Positions 8,633 through 18,225 are shown, counted from the stretch's first letter. The stretch: DNA of 54,148 nt from a virus (IMGVR_UViG_3300026907_000021:1-54148); one strand, 5' to 3'. Numbers and translations: made by a program. Notes: generated from the letters alone by a model not told the origin.

Positions 8633-9830
8633 GGCCAAAACGCTTTTTCGTGGCCTCTAAAACGCGCTTCTCTGTCTCTTTCGCATACCCGCGATAGGCC
8701 GAAGCCGTCTTGTGCTTTGACAGCACTCTGCCTTGCCCTTCGGTAAGGCCTTTCTCCTCAAGCTCCGTCATGCCGCCATGCCTGCACATATCCAGGCTGA
8801 ACTCTGGCGCCGACAGTTTCCCCGCCTCCCTGAGCTTGTCAGCCATCTCCCTGACTTCATGAGCCAAGAACGTTCCATCACCAAAAAGCTGGCCGTTCTT
8901 CTTACACACGATCGATGTGCCGTATCTCGGCGCCTTGCGAAGAACCTCTTCAGCTTGGGAATAGAGCAGGACTTTCGATCCATCTTCGTCGACGAACTCG
9001 AGCGGGTGCAGCGCCAGCGCATCATTCTTTCGATGCTTCAGCCGGATCTTGTCGGGATGGTCGGATGCTCTATATCCGGTCCACGGCGCAAAGCCGGCTC
9101 CGATCGATGACGGGCGCATCAGCCATTCGAAGGCCAGCACGGCGGCTGCAGCCAACTCCCCACGGCCATTCTCAATCGCCCCGTCGGCAAACTCATAGAC
9201 CGCTTTGCGATCAACATATCCCTTGGTCGCCTTCTGACGTCTCTTTACGGTGACGCCTTCCCATGGGTTCGCAACATCGTTTCGGAACTGGTCGGGGTGA
9301 TGCGGCCGCATGCGCTTCCACATGGCCTTGCAATAGGTGACGACCTTCTCACCCATGCGGTTGGCGGTGTCACCTGAGAAATGCAGGTAGACCTTTTCGG
9401 CCGTGCTGACGCCGACGTTGTTAACCTTCGCATCTCCGAACCTGACCTTGTCACCATTCGGTTTTGTTATTTGAACATCTGTCACGCGTTTGAAAACACG
9501 CTTGTAATCGGCCCGGCTAAACTCGCCTACGCGCTCCAGAAAAGAATTGTGAGACAGGTAGACGTTCACAAGCCACTCGACAGTGCCGTATCGGCTCGTA
9601 TCGGGCTCGTGACGAGGGTTTGCTTTCTCCCTGCGCCAGCCCTCCAGCCGATCATTCCAGACCTTTGCTGCGGCCACCAGTTCAGCCTGAGAAAGGTTGA
9701 CGCCAAGAGCCGCGCTGCGGTAGGGGCAGCCAGCCTTGCGGTATAGGGTAGGGCACGTCCAATAGTAGCCGGTTGATCCGTTGGCCAGCGTCTTGAACGA
9801 GGTATACGGAGGCATAGTGACGGGGATCAT
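8622..9830 (-). CDS. int: Tyrosine recombinase / integrase
   Basis: LMRPS, DMCRHGG, LSKH, YRGY catalytic pattern; beside att; start overlaps xis stop (TGATG). Confidence 0.88.
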   Translation of the reverse strand: MIPVTMPPYTSFKTLANGSTGYYWTCPTLYRKAGCPYRSAALGVNLSQAELVAAAKVWNDRLEGWRREKANPRHEPDTSRYGTVEWLVNVYLSHNSFLERVGEFSRADYKRVFKRVTDVQITKPNGDKVRFGDAKVNNVGVSTAEKVYLHFSGDTANRMGEKVVTYCKAMWKRMRPHHPDQFRNDVANPWEGVTVKRRQKATKGYVDRKAVYEFADGAIENGRGELAAAAVLAFEWLMRPSSIGAGFAPWTGYRASDHPDKIRLKHRKNDALALHPLEFVDEDGSKVLLYSQAEEVLRKAPRYGTSIVCKKNGQLFGDGTFLAHEVREMADKLREAGKLSAPEFSLDMCRHGGMTELEEKGLTEGQGRVLSKHKTASAYRGYAKETEKRVLEATKKRFGRSE

Positions 9831-10066
9831 CACCACACTTCCGGGTCGGCGTTTTCGTCTACGCCAATAGCCTTGTCCAGGTCGATCTTCCGCCACGCTC
9901 TGAATCTGCCCTTGCCGGTTCCGGTCTCGATGAACGGTCGAGGCCACACGGTTCCAACACGGCTGATAAAGGCATCGACCGTCTTTTCGCCGGCATAGGC
10001 TGCCGCGTGCTCATCTCTAAGGACAGCAGGCCAGCATCCGGCGGGGATGACAGCATGTTTCGTCAT
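9830..10066 (-). CDS. Putative excisionase
   Basis: Small HTH-like protein (AAAYAG...WPRP...AWRKIDLD) directly upstream of int. Confidence 0.7.
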   Translation of the reverse strand: MTKHAVIPAGCWPAVLRDEHAAAYAGEKTVDAFISRVGTVWPRPFIETGTGKGRFRAWRKIDLDKAIGVDENADPEVW

Positions 10067-10707
10067 TTATCCCCGCTTTCCCCGTTTTCCACAGACTGGT
10101 TATGCACAGGCTTGCTTTCGCCGCCCTCCTGCTTTGCGGGTGCTGCGGCGATGGCGGCGCGGACCTGTTTCAGAACACGCCAAACGTCCGCGCGAGTTTC
10201 CTTTTGCGTCATCAAGGAATGGCAGATTTCAACGTAAGGCTCAGCCTTTTTGAGCGCAGCTATGACCTCGGTTTCCGCCACGTCCTGCACCTGTGCGGAG
10301 AGGGCGGACCTATCGCACAAAGGGGAGCAAGGCGCGTCACCATAGCCTGGAACGGTGCACACATCGCAGTGATACGGTAGCTCCTTCACGGCCACGGATG
10401 GCGCGGGAGGGGCGGCGTAGAGCGGGTGAACCTCTACTGCGCACATCTTCTCCCAAGATTTAGCTTCTTCGTGGGCTTGGTGTTCGTGCTGGACGACCTT
10501 CCAAGTGGTAGAGCCGCTATCGAATTTACCCACAATACGCCATGCCACCGGCTCCGCAGCGGACAGGGCGTCTTCGAGGGCGGCGCGCATTGCTGGCGCA
10601 TGATCCTCCCAAAGCTCCGCACCACGGCGCGTCACACGGTATGGGCGCTCCCCCCTGTGGCTCAGGTATTCTGTAGCGGCTCGTCTTACCATCTCATCAG
10701 TTACCAT
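10063..10707 (-). CDS. Hypothetical early protein (mosaic, AEPVAW / PLYAAPPAP modules)
   Basis: GGAGG RBS before MVTDEMV; coupled operon. Confidence 0.7.
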   Translation of the reverse strand: MVTDEMVRRAATEYLSHRGERPYRVTRRGAELWEDHAPAMRAALEDALSAAEPVAWRIVGKFDSGSTTWKVVQHEHQAHEEAKSWEKMCAVEVHPLYAAPPAPSVAVKELPYHCDVCTVPGYGDAPCSPLCDRSALSAQVQDVAETEVIAALKKAEPYVEICHSLMTQKETRADVWRVLKQVRAAIAAAPAKQEGGESKPVHNQSVENGESGDK

Positions 10708-11365
10708 GGTGTTCGCCTCCTGTGCTGGCGAGGGCTGTATCGAGAACGCCGACGATGCGGGGCAGCGATTGACTGTCGTGGGAAATGCCTGCGATCTTTT
10801 CGCCATTGAATTCAACGCGGAACTCAGATCGAACTTTCTGCAAAGCCTCACGCATCCGCTCTTTCTCCGCCGCCTCATCCCGATACCGGCCTTCCCAATA
10901 TCGGTGATCACCTGGCATTGAGGATTTGCGGTCTATCTCGGCTTGGAGACGCTTCACCTCGGCCTCTGCTGCCTCGGCGCGGGCCTGTGCGTCGTTGCAG
11001 TCAGTGGCCATATCGGTGGCAAGTTTGGCTTCCCGAATGCAGGAAATTCGCTCCTCATCGTACAGGCGCAAAATCTCATCGCGCTGTTTAGCGTAGCCAT
11101 CCCGTGACGCGCGAAGTATATCATTCTCGCGCTGCAAGCTTTCGAGGGTGGAGAGGAGTTCCGGCATGGCATTGACGGCAATAGCCATGAACCCACCAAG
11201 CTTATCCTGTTTGTCGCCGCAGCCGATGACAGTGAAGAACGTACCGTCGTAGTCTTCGTTGATTGGCGCGATGATTGCATTGAACTCATCGCAGTCAGGC
11301 GTGAACTCCACCTTCAGCGGGCCGACGCCTTCCAGCGCCTTCTTGATCTCTTCCAATGCGGTCAT
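10697..11365 (-). CDS. Hypothetical coiled-coil early protein (Ea22-like)
   Basis: AVNAMPELLSTLE followed by long coiled coil; coupled operon. Confidence 0.65.
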   Translation of the reverse strand: MTALEEIKKALEGVGPLKVEFTPDCDEFNAIIAPINEDYDGTFFTVIGCGDKQDKLGGFMAIAVNAMPELLSTLESLQRENDILRASRDGYAKQRDEILRLYDEERISCIREAKLATDMATDCNDAQARAEAAEAEVKRLQAEIDRKSSMPGDHRYWEGRYRDEAAEKERMREALQKVRSEFRVEFNGEKIAGISHDSQSLPRIVGVLDTALASTGGEHHGN

Positions 11366-11565
11366 GGCTTTGCCTCCTCGAGGCTGCCGTATCGATAAGT
11401 GTCGATAGGCCCGTCAGTTGGTTCGCCGGTATTGAGATCGACAACCGGAGCGCCGGCGAGGCAATCGGAATGGCATATGCCAAGCTCAATATCGGTCGCG
11501 CAAATGTCGTCGGACTTGAATGCCACCGCGCAGACGGGGCAGGTATCTTCGTGATTTCCGGTCAT
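11362..11565 (-). CDS. Small Cys-rich hypothetical protein
   Basis: CPVC...CHSDC; ATGA coupling. Confidence 0.65.
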   Translation of the reverse strand: MTGNHEDTCPVCAVAFKSDDICATDIELGICHSDCLAGAPVVDLNTGEPTDGPIDTYRYGSLEEAKP

Positions 11566-11960
11566 GGCGTATCCTCGCGATAGAACGTGACGGGCCGGTA
11601 GACGACGGCCTTTTTGGGCTTTGCTGACTTTTGGAAGCCGGGTGATTGGATCGTCTGCTTCGGGCGGGTGATGCCAAGATGCTTCTTGCGGACGGCGGCA
11701 ACCTTTGCCTTCTCGGCAACATCGAGTGCTGTTTTTTCGACGTGGCATTTGCGATGGGCAGGCTTGAGATTGCTTTCCCGGTTTTCGCCGCCGTTGATCA
11801 GCGCTGTGACGTGATCCAAATCCCATTTCTGGCCAACCTGGATTTCACTCTGGCAGAGATGGCAAATACGCTTGTCGCGGGACATGATCCTGTCGCGGAC
11901 ACTTCCGGGCGCGCGGTGATCGTCAGATTTACCAATCCATTCCTCAACTGTCCGGGCCAT
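11562..11960 (-). CDS. Small HNH endonuclease
   Basis: CHLC...DLDHVTALINGG.N.ESNL.PAHRKCH..KT. Confidence 0.85.
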   Translation of the reverse strand: MARTVEEWIGKSDDHRAPGSVRDRIMSRDKRICHLCQSEIQVGQKWDLDHVTALINGGENRESNLKPAHRKCHVEKTALDVAEKAKVAAVRKKHLGITRPKQTIQSPGFQKSAKPKKAVVYRPVTFYREDTP

Positions 11961-12211
11961 TAGTTGCCCTCCTGTGCGAACAGGTCGCCGGATGCCTTGT
12001 CCTCGACAAAGAGACGGCACGGCAGATTGCGAACTCCGTCGCGCGGGATCAGCATGTGAAGAATGCTGTCCGGCTTGTTGCACTCCTGATAGTTCAACAT
12101 GAGATGCGCGGTCCAGATCGGGCAGTCTTGGTTCTTGTCGTGGACGCATCGAGAGCAATAACGCTCCTGATAGTCGGCGCCCTCAGTACCGTTTGAGAAA
12201 TATCCCATCAC
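11960..12211 (-). CDS. Cys-rich hypothetical protein
   Basis: YFSNGTEG..Y..RYCSRC; coupled operon. Confidence 0.7.
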   Translation of the reverse strand: MMGYFSNGTEGADYQERYCSRCVHDKNQDCPIWTAHLMLNYQECNKPDSILHMLIPRDGVRNLPCRLFVEDKASGDLFAQEGN

Positions 12212-12411
12212 CTCTGCCCTCCCAGCGCGCGTGTCATCATGTCCCGCTTGCGGCGCTCCAGATCGCGGACACGTCCTGTCTTGCTGCGGGATTGCTTTGC
12301 CTGTCGGATCTCGGCGTCGATCTCGGTTTGCCAGTTGTACTCACGGGCAAGGTTCTGTCTCGACTTCCAAGTGAGCCAGTGGTGGATGGCGCGGCGGATT
12401 AATCGGTTCAT
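12208..12411 (-). CDS. Basic hypothetical protein
   Basis: ATGA coupling to neighbouring genes. Confidence 0.6.
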   Translation of the reverse strand: MNRLIRRAIHHWLTWKSRQNLAREYNWQTEIDAEIRQAKQSRSKTGRVRDLERRKRDMMTRALGGQR

Positions 12412-12650
12412 GCCGCACCTCCGATCCGCTCCTGACGAACCTGCTTGATTTGGTCGACCGTGATCCCGCCATTCTCGCAGAACCACTCCCACGAACCTTC
12501 CGGTATGAGCTTGGCGGCCTCCAGCTTGAGCGTGATGCCCTTTGGCGTATCGTTGAACCAATCGGCCATCAGGATCGCCATGCGCCTGGTAAACGTCGTC
12601 TGGCCGACTGTGTGCATCTTGAAGACGGTGGTGAGTTCTTCGGTGTTCAT
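12408..12650 (-). CDS. Hypothetical protein
   Basis: RBS aggag; coupled operon. Confidence 0.65.
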   Translation of the reverse strand: MNTEELTTVFKMHTVGQTTFTRRMAILMADWFNDTPKGITLKLEAAKLIPEGSWEWFCENGGITVDQIKQVRQERIGGAA

Positions 12651-12844
12651 ACCGTCGCCCTCCTATCGTTGCCGTGCATGTGCTTGCGAATGTCGCCACG
12701 GCTGCAGAACATCGTTCTGGAAAGAGCCGCTACATCGGCATCCTCATATTCCTCAGCAAACTGGTCGAGCATGCCGATGACGTGGAAAATCTCCATGTCG
12801 ATCCGGTTAGCCTCGATCTGCTTCTTGGTGCGCGTCTCAGCCAT
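12647..12844 (-). CDS. Hypothetical protein
   Basis: RBS ggagg before MAETRTKK. Confidence 0.6.
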   Translation of the reverse strand: MAETRTKKQIEANRIDMEIFHVIGMLDQFAEEYEDADVAALSRTMFCSRGDIRKHMHGNDRRATV

Positions 12845-14282
12845 CGACGCCTCCCAGATCAGAAGCCTTGCAGTCGAGAACTTCAGCGAAGTGGGAAAGG
12901 GCCTTTTCACGCAGTGCCGGCATCACCTTCGGATCAGCCTTGATCTGGGCGTCAGCACTTTCGACAAAGGCCTTGATATGCAGGTGAAGTTCTTCCGGCA
13001 GGCTGTCCTTCCAGTTGTCCTTCGCGGTGACGAGTGTGGCTCGTCGCTGTTGCGGCGTATCCAAAGACGGATCAACCACAATGAACATCAGCTTCCGGCA
13101 GCACTCGATCAGGTCGGCGCGATCCGTTGGATAAATGGTCGAGGCCGGAGCATCGGAGGCGGGGACATCATCCGCTCCGGCCTCATCTACTGGCGTATTG
13201 CCAGCGTTATCCGACGACGAGGCGGTGGAGGGGGTGTCGTCGGAATTGGTGTTGGTCAGGTCAGAACGCCCCACTGACGCGCCTTGCGTCTGTTGGCGCA
13301 CAAAGTCACGGTTAAAGCCTTCCTGCCCTTCCGTGGTGTCGCCAGCGGCTTTGCGGGCAGCTGCGATCCGGTCGGTGATATCGCCGCCGCCTGCGTCCAT
13401 TTGGTCGGCCAGCATCTGGTCATGAGCCGAAGCAATCGACTTGAGGGTATCCTTGAAGGATTCGAGAACCTTCTTCTTCCCCGGTGCCAGTGCCCTCCAC
13501 CATTCGGTCAGCGGGGCGACACCTTGGTTGGCGATCATCAATCCTTCGCGCTTGGCGTCTTCAAGGTCTGTGTCGATAGCACGGCCCTCATTCGCCCACT
13601 GGCTGACGGCATTGCCGATCTGTGTTGTGACGCGGCGTCCTTGCGGGAACGCGTTCAGGAGGTCACCGGGGCATTTCTGGAGCAAAGGAACGTGGGTGCC
13701 TTCCTCCAGCATCATGGAGACGGTCATTTCGTAGATGAACGACTTCTCCTGAACGACAACGAAGCCTTCGTTGATGATTTCGGTCTTGCCGTCACGGCCC
13801 TTGGCCTGAACGACCTTTTCCTTGACGCGGCAGCAGAAAATCAGGTGAGCGCGGGTCTGAAGCAGCTCGTTCATGAGCTTCTTGTGGCCAGCCTTCGGCT
13901 TCTGCCAGCAATGCAGACCTGCGCGCTTGGTACGCTCCTCGATCGCTTCGGCTTGCTCCAGAACGCCGCCCGAGCCTTCCCATTCGTGAGAAATGCTGTC
14001 CACGACGATGGCGGGGTATCCAGCCTTCTCGAAAGCCTTGATCGCTTCGATGTAACGGCCGGAGGTGAAAGGCGGGTCGAGGTCGATCACGTCAAAGCCG
14101 CCGGCGACGTCAGCATAGAACCTCGAGCGCTTGTTCTCGGTGTCGATGAAGCCGATCTTGCCTTCCGGTCCAACGAGGCCGCGAGCATACAGAAGGGCGC
14201 TGTAAGTCTTCCCAGAACCGGAAGGGCCAGCGATCGACGTAAGCGTATAGGTTTTCTCGCGCACTGCGCGTTCGATTTTCAT
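12837..14282 (-). CDS. AAA-type ATPase recombination protein (Sak4-like) with long acidic C-terminal region
   Basis: Walker A GPSGSGKT, FIDTE, Walker B IVVDSISHEW; next to exonuclease. Confidence 0.82.
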   Translation of the reverse strand: MKIERAVREKTYTLTSIAGPSGSGKTYSALLYARGLVGPEGKIGFIDTENKRSRFYADVAGGFDVIDLDPPFTSGRYIEAIKAFEKAGYPAIVVDSISHEWEGSGGVLEQAEAIEERTKRAGLHCWQKPKAGHKKLMNELLQTRAHLIFCCRVKEKVVQAKGRDGKTEIINEGFVVVQEKSFIYEMTVSMMLEEGTHVPLLQKCPGDLLNAFPQGRRVTTQIGNAVSQWANEGRAIDTDLEDAKREGLMIANQGVAPLTEWWRALAPGKKKVLESFKDTLKSIASAHDQMLADQMDAGGGDITDRIAAARKAAGDTTEGQEGFNRDFVRQQTQGASVGRSDLTNTNSDDTPSTASSSDNAGNTPVDEAGADDVPASDAPASTIYPTDRADLIECCRKLMFIVVDPSLDTPQQRRATLVTAKDNWKDSLPEELHLHIKAFVESADAQIKADPKVMPALREKALSHFAEVLDCKASDLGGVDG

Positions 14283-14284
14283 GG

Positions 14285-15283
14285 TCAAGCTGCCTTCGGA
14301 ATGGAGGGTTCGTTCTCGATCATCTTTTCGAACTGATCGGTCGGGGAGACGGTGATGCCGCTTCCGTAATAGGTGGGCCAGAAGCCGGTCTTCCAGCACT
14401 CGGCAAAGGCGTTCAACGCCGCCCGGTTCTGGCGCTGGCCGTACCAGATATACTGCGCGTCAACCGGCTTGATGTTGTAGGCGTAAGGACGCTTCGGCTC
14501 GATGAAGAGCAGGACGTGGTCCTTCACGTCGATATTGCGGACTTCCTTGATTGCCGTGGAGGCAAGAGCAAGCTGCATATGGTAATTGAACTTCCGGACC
14601 GACAACGCACATCCGCGGTCGCTGGCATCGGCCGTCGTTTTCAGATCGGCAATGACGTTGTCGGCGGGGATGGAATCGGGCCGGGTCTTTACCCACACCC
14701 CTGTTTTCGGATCGCGATATATTACCGATCGCTCAACGTCGCCGCGCAGCAGGTCAACAAATGTCCGGTCATTGGCGACACGATCCGCCATGCCCTCGAT
14801 CTGTTCGAGGGCAGATGGTAGCAACACGGTCTTGCCGGATGCGATCTGTTCCGCTCTCCATGCCTTTGCGGCATTGGTGCGGTAGTCGCCAAACTCCTCG
14901 GGCCGGATCACGTACTGGTCGCGGAAACCTTCTTCACCGAGCAGGAGTGTGTGGACGGCCTTGCCGAGACTGAAATGATCCTTCTGCTCCTCCGGCGCAC
15001 GGTCGGGGTTTAGATAGCTGTTATCCCAGAATTTGACGGGGCAACCGTCGGGTGGGGCGATCTCGCGCAGCCCGCTGGACGAAATAGAGGGACCGTCGCA
15101 GCAATCGGAGTGATAGACGGACATCGGCATGTAACGGTACACGCCAGGTTCTGTCACCTTGCCGCCACGATAGGCGCGCTCGCCCTTCTTCGTCGGGAAT
15201 TTATCGCTCAGCGCGCCAACGATGCCTGATGCGAGGTTGCCGATGGGTTGTTCGGAACCGGGTATGTCTATAATCTTTTCCAT
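14285..15283 (-). CDS. recE: RecE/exonuclease VIII-like PD-(D/E)xK nuclease
   Basis: YH...ISSSGL, LGKAVH, KTRPD, ADLKTT, YHMQLA motifs. Confidence 0.85.
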   Translation of the reverse strand: MEKIIDIPGSEQPIGNLASGIVGALSDKFPTKKGERAYRGGKVTEPGVYRYMPMSVYHSDCCDGPSISSSGLREIAPPDGCPVKFWDNSYLNPDRAPEEQKDHFSLGKAVHTLLLGEEGFRDQYVIRPEEFGDYRTNAAKAWRAEQIASGKTVLLPSALEQIEGMADRVANDRTFVDLLRGDVERSVIYRDPKTGVWVKTRPDSIPADNVIADLKTTADASDRGCALSVRKFNYHMQLALASTAIKEVRNIDVKDHVLLFIEPKRPYAYNIKPVDAQYIWYGQRQNRAALNAFAECWKTGFWPTYYGSGITVSPTDQFEKMIENEPSIPKAA

Positions 15284-15492
15284 GTGGCAAAAACCTCCTG
15301 ATTTTCCTTGAGGTAGCTTTCCAAAGCCAAGGCGCTGGCGAACATGAGTTGCGACGATATGAGGATGAGCGTCACGAACTCGATGAATTTGATTTTGCGG
15401 AAGTTTGACGCCGAGCGCTTATTGAGAGCCTCTATGTAAGCTTCCCGCTCATCCGCTTCTTGTGTGTTGGTGGTGGAGAAAGCGGAGGGCAT
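15268..15492 (-). CDS. Small membrane hypothetical protein
   Basis: One hydrophobic helix; TGATG coupling. Confidence 0.55.
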   Translation of the reverse strand: MPSAFSTTNTQEADEREAYIEALNKRSASNFRKIKFIEFVTLILISSQLMFASALALESYLKENQEVFATWKRL

Positions 15493-15776
15493 CACTGGCC
15501 ACCTTTCGCTTTGGCAATGGCAGCGCGAGCGTAATGCTCTGCCTGCTGGTGAACAGTTGAACCCATGCAGCCGCAATCACGGCCGTCGCAGCAAAGGCGC
15601 TCGTCTGGCTTGGAGTATGCTTCTAGCAACCCTTGAAGTGACAGAACGAGGTCTTCAATTGCCGCAGCCGCCTCAAGTTCAAGGTCGCTGGCTGGCAAAT
15701 TCTGTTCGACCCTATCTAGGCCGTAGCTCATATGAGTCTTCTTCGCCCTCAGGCGTTCGATAAGATTTTCTGCCAT
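15492..15776 (-). CDS. Hypothetical protein
   Basis: CCDGRDCGC motif; ARAAIAKA tail common in phage early genes. Confidence 0.65.
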   Translation of the reverse strand: MAENLIERLRAKKTHMSYGLDRVEQNLPASDLELEAAAAIEDLVLSLQGLLEAYSKPDERLCCDGRDCGCMGSTVHQQAEHYARAAIAKAKGGQ

Positions 15777-15799
15777 TTCCTGCCCCTTCATATCTCGGG

Positions 15800-16042
15800 T
15801 TACTCTGACAAAGCCGGTGGGTTGGTGGGGTTAAGCGGCGTCCACGGTTCGCGCTCAGCTATGGCGAGGCCTAGAAGGCCTAGAGTGCCGGAGTAGACAG
15901 ACCGGGCTAGTCCCGCCTTGCAAAGCCTGTGGAACGCGTTGGCCTCATCTTCCGTCAGTTGCCCGACGCAAAGGCCGAATGCGCCGCGCATAGTCTCCAG
16001 GTCGTCATGCTGCTGATCGGTCAGATTAAGCTCGGCGCTCAT
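15800..16042 (-). CDS. Hypothetical protein
   Basis: ORF in leftward operon with RBS. Confidence 0.55.
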   Translation of the reverse strand: MSAELNLTDQQHDDLETMRGAFGLCVGQLTEDEANAFHRLCKAGLARSVYSGTLGLLGLAIAEREPWTPLNPTNPPALSE

Positions 16043-16065
16043 CTTCTTCTCCCGCTGTGCTGTGG

Positions 16066-16257
16066 TTACTTGGTGGGAATGATCTCAGCGCCGACGAGCG
16101 TGTTCATTACGAAGCTGTTGGGCTTCTGACCGCTTTCTCGCAGGAGAGATTCAATTTCGGGATGCTCGACATCGAAGGTGCGATATGTGGTCTGCGGCGA
16201 ACCGCCGACGTGCGCAGCCATCGAAGCATCATCAACTCTCACGATCAGTCGGATCAT
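16066..16257 (-). CDS. Hypothetical protein
   Basis: ORF in leftward operon with RBS. Confidence 0.55.
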   Translation of the reverse strand: MIRLIVRVDDASMAAHVGGSPQTTYRTFDVEHPEIESLLRESGQKPNSFVMNTLVGAEIIPTK

Positions 16258-16294
16258 CTTCCCTATCCCTTCTCTGAAGCCCTATGCGGGGCGG

Positions 16295-16726
16295 CTATTC
16301 GGCGGCTGCGAGGACGTTCCGGGCCGCATCGAAAATCGGTCCATCCAGATTGCGGACGCCGTGGCTATCGAACTCGTCGGCGTTCTTCATAGCGAGGTCG
16401 CACCAATCGATGATTGCTTGCAGGCGCTCGGTCAGGACGACGATTTGTGCGTCCTTGCGGGCGATCTGCGAATGCAGTTTGCCGACCTCGTGCCGCCAGT
16501 TGGCGAGTGCCTGCTTCATCTTTGCGAATTCTTTGTCTGGGGCTGTTTCTTCAGGAACGTCGTCCTGATGGATTGCCTTCATGTGCCACGGCTCAATTGC
16601 CGCTTCCCTCTCGGCGTCGGCCTTGGTGTAGCGACCGGCATCAAACTTGAAGCTCGTGTACCCTTGGCTGTTGGGCCGGTAGAAATAGGAGCCCTTCTTG
16701 ATGAGATATTCCTTATCCTCGGTCAC
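16295..16726 (-). CDS. Hypothetical protein
   Basis: GTG start coupled to upstream stop; YRPNSQGYT....AGRY motif. Confidence 0.6.
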   Translation of the reverse strand: MTEDKEYLIKKGSYFYRPNSQGYTSFKFDAGRYTKADAEREAAIEPWHMKAIHQDDVPEETAPDKEFAKMKQALANWRHEVGKLHSQIARKDAQIVVLTERLQAIIDWCDLAMKNADEFDSHGVRNLDGPIFDAARNVLAAAE

Positions 16727-17085
16727 AGGCGTTCCTCCCGCATCATCTCGCGGCGCTGGTCGGCGTGGTCTTCGAGTGCCGCCTGATGCTGTTCTCCGGC
16801 TTCGGTGAGCATCCAAGTCTGGAAGTCGTCGCCGTTCGTGAAGTGTTCTTCCAGCCAGTCGGGAAGCGCCACCGGATCGGGCAAAGGCTTGAGGCCGTCC
16901 ATCTTGAAGAACTGGACCTTGCTGACCTCAGCCGACGGCATTTCCGCCGGATCAACCAATGTTGCCTTGCTGCCGGGATGTACCGTGAAGTCCACCACCA
17001 TCTGCAATTCGATCTCAGTGCCGCTCTCGCTGGCGCTGATCGAGATGTATTGTTCTGCGCGGTATTTGTTGGTCATCTGTCTCAC
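16723..17085 (-). CDS. Hypothetical protein
   Basis: Coupled operon. Confidence 0.6.
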   Translation of the reverse strand: MRQMTNKYRAEQYISISASESGTEIELQMVVDFTVHPGSKATLVDPAEMPSAEVSKVQFFKMDGLKPLPDPVALPDWLEEHFTNGDDFQTWMLTEAGEQHQAALEDHADQRREMMREERL

Positions 17086-17369
17086 TCCGCCGCGACCAGA
17101 TCGCGCTGTGCAATATTGGCACCGCGTACGATGGGGTTGATGTCGAGCCTCGAAGGCAGAACAATCTCGCCCCGGCGTGCTTGGCGCTGGAACTCAAACA
17201 CCTCGCCGCCGTAACGCTGTGCGTCTGCATCGGCTTCTTCGGCGTCGTCGTATTCGAAAGCGTCATCGCCGTTCGACGTCCACTCCATCCCGTCACCGAA
17301 CTGGCAAAGGTAGATGGCCTTACCGCTGCGGGTATGCATTTCGACGTTGAAGCGCGTTACCATTGCCAT
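17082..17369 (-). CDS. Hypothetical protein
   Basis: RBS tgaggatgag. Confidence 0.65.
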   Translation of the reverse strand: MAMVTRFNVEMHTRSGKAIYLCQFGDGMEWTSNGDDAFEYDDAEEADADAQRYGGEVFEFQRQARRGEIVLPSRLDINPIVRGANIAQRDLVAAE

Positions 17370-17432
17370 TTGCTCATCCTCAGTGGTTGAGATCGAATTG
17401 GAGATCCGCCCGGAGACGGATGCCGAATGCGA

Positions 17433-17627
17433 TCAGGCGGTAAGTTTTTCGGTGATCTCGTCGCTATCGACCCAGATCGGATCGTCGTTCAGGTCTTCCG
17501 GCTGAACTTTCACAGCGTGATGGTCGCGAACTCCGACCACGGTCCAGAAGCCATTGCAGCCCGTCAGGTGAACTTTGTCGCCAGACTTCAGGTTGGTGCA
17601 TTCGCCGTTGTGAAATTTGAGTTCCAT
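17433..17627 (-). CDS. Hypothetical protein, first gene of the PL operon
   Basis: Same RBS tgaggatgag as the next gene. Confidence 0.65.
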   Translation of the reverse strand: MELKFHNGECTNLKSGDKVHLTGCNGFWTVVGVRDHHAVKVQPEDLNDDPIWVDSDEITEKLTA

Positions 17628-17707
17628 CGTCTCATCCTCATCCGGGTTGTTCCCGCCCTTCCGTTTCGTCGTCCCGCAGGAGCTTCATTCGGTGGGCTTG
17701 TGAGGAG

Positions 17708-17786
17708 ATATTACCCAAAGTGGGGAATAACGCAACCCCAAAATGGGGAATATTTTGTTGACCCCAAAATGGGGCAGCGTTATGTG
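17708..17786. promoter_or_regulatory. OL: three 17-bp CI operators with divergent promoters
   Basis: CCCA-N3-TGGG palindromes at 17711, 17734, 17760; leftward TTGCGT-16-TAATAT; rightward TTGACC-17-TATGTG. Confidence 0.8.
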
Positions 17787-17793
17787 TATCGCC

Positions 17794-18105
17794 ATGAACC
17801 TGAAAAACGACGACGGCCAAGCGGCCGCAGCCTTCTATGACAAGCGGCGAAAGTGGCTCGATTTCATCTGCACGATGGACGCGCTATCGGATCGCGCATT
17901 CCGCGTCGGCTACTGGCTGGCCAAGCGGATGAACGGGCAGGATCAATGCTGCTGGTACGGCATGAAGGAAATCGCCAAGCGGCTCTCCATGTCCGAAGAC
18001 AAGGTTTTGCGAGCGGTCGCGGAACTGGAAGGTGAGGGCGTCCTGATCGTGGTCAGGGAGCATCGAAAATCGAACAGTTACTTCATTCGTCTGCCGTTCG
18101 AATAA
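17794..18105 (+). CDS. Stand-alone winged-HTH protein resembling the N-terminal domain of phage replication initiators
   Basis: LSDRAFRV...CWYGMKEIAKRLSMSEDKVLRAVAELEGEGVL...SNSY; iterons directly after the stop. Confidence 0.7.
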   Translation: MNLKNDDGQAAAAFYDKRRKWLDFICTMDALSDRAFRVGYWLAKRMNGQDQCCWYGMKEIAKRLSMSEDKVLRAVAELEGEGVLIVVREHRKSNSYFIRLPFE

Positions 18106-18109
18106 TGCC

Positions 18110-18225
18110 TTGGGTCGCAAATCTGCGGGTCAATTGGGTCGCAAATCTGCGGGTCCAATCTATAAAGCTGAATTTCTAAAGGGTTATTTGTTTATAAGGT
18201 TCTTGCTCTGAGGGTAATTAGTAGA
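18110..18225. repeat. Putative origin: two 22-bp iterons plus AT-rich tract
   Basis: TTGGGTCGCAAATCTGCGGGTC at 18110 and 18134, then AT-rich 18156-18225. Confidence 0.65.

Noticed and set aside
13284-14336. Long antisense ORFs (also 12450-13277, 37500-38456, 42077-42943, 49505-50293)
   Set aside because: Shadow frames of GC-rich genes with no motifs, unlike the nested ORF at 27366
17650-17700. Hammerhead ribozyme in the PL leader (minus strand ...ccgaatgaag-ctcc-tgcg-gga-cgacgaaac...)
   Set aside because: Lacks the CUGAnGA core and a three-stem junction; folds as one interrupted hairpin, perhaps an antitermination leader
18110-18155. CRISPR array
   Set aside because: Two tandem copies with a 2-nt gap, no spacers and no cas genes; better explained as iterons
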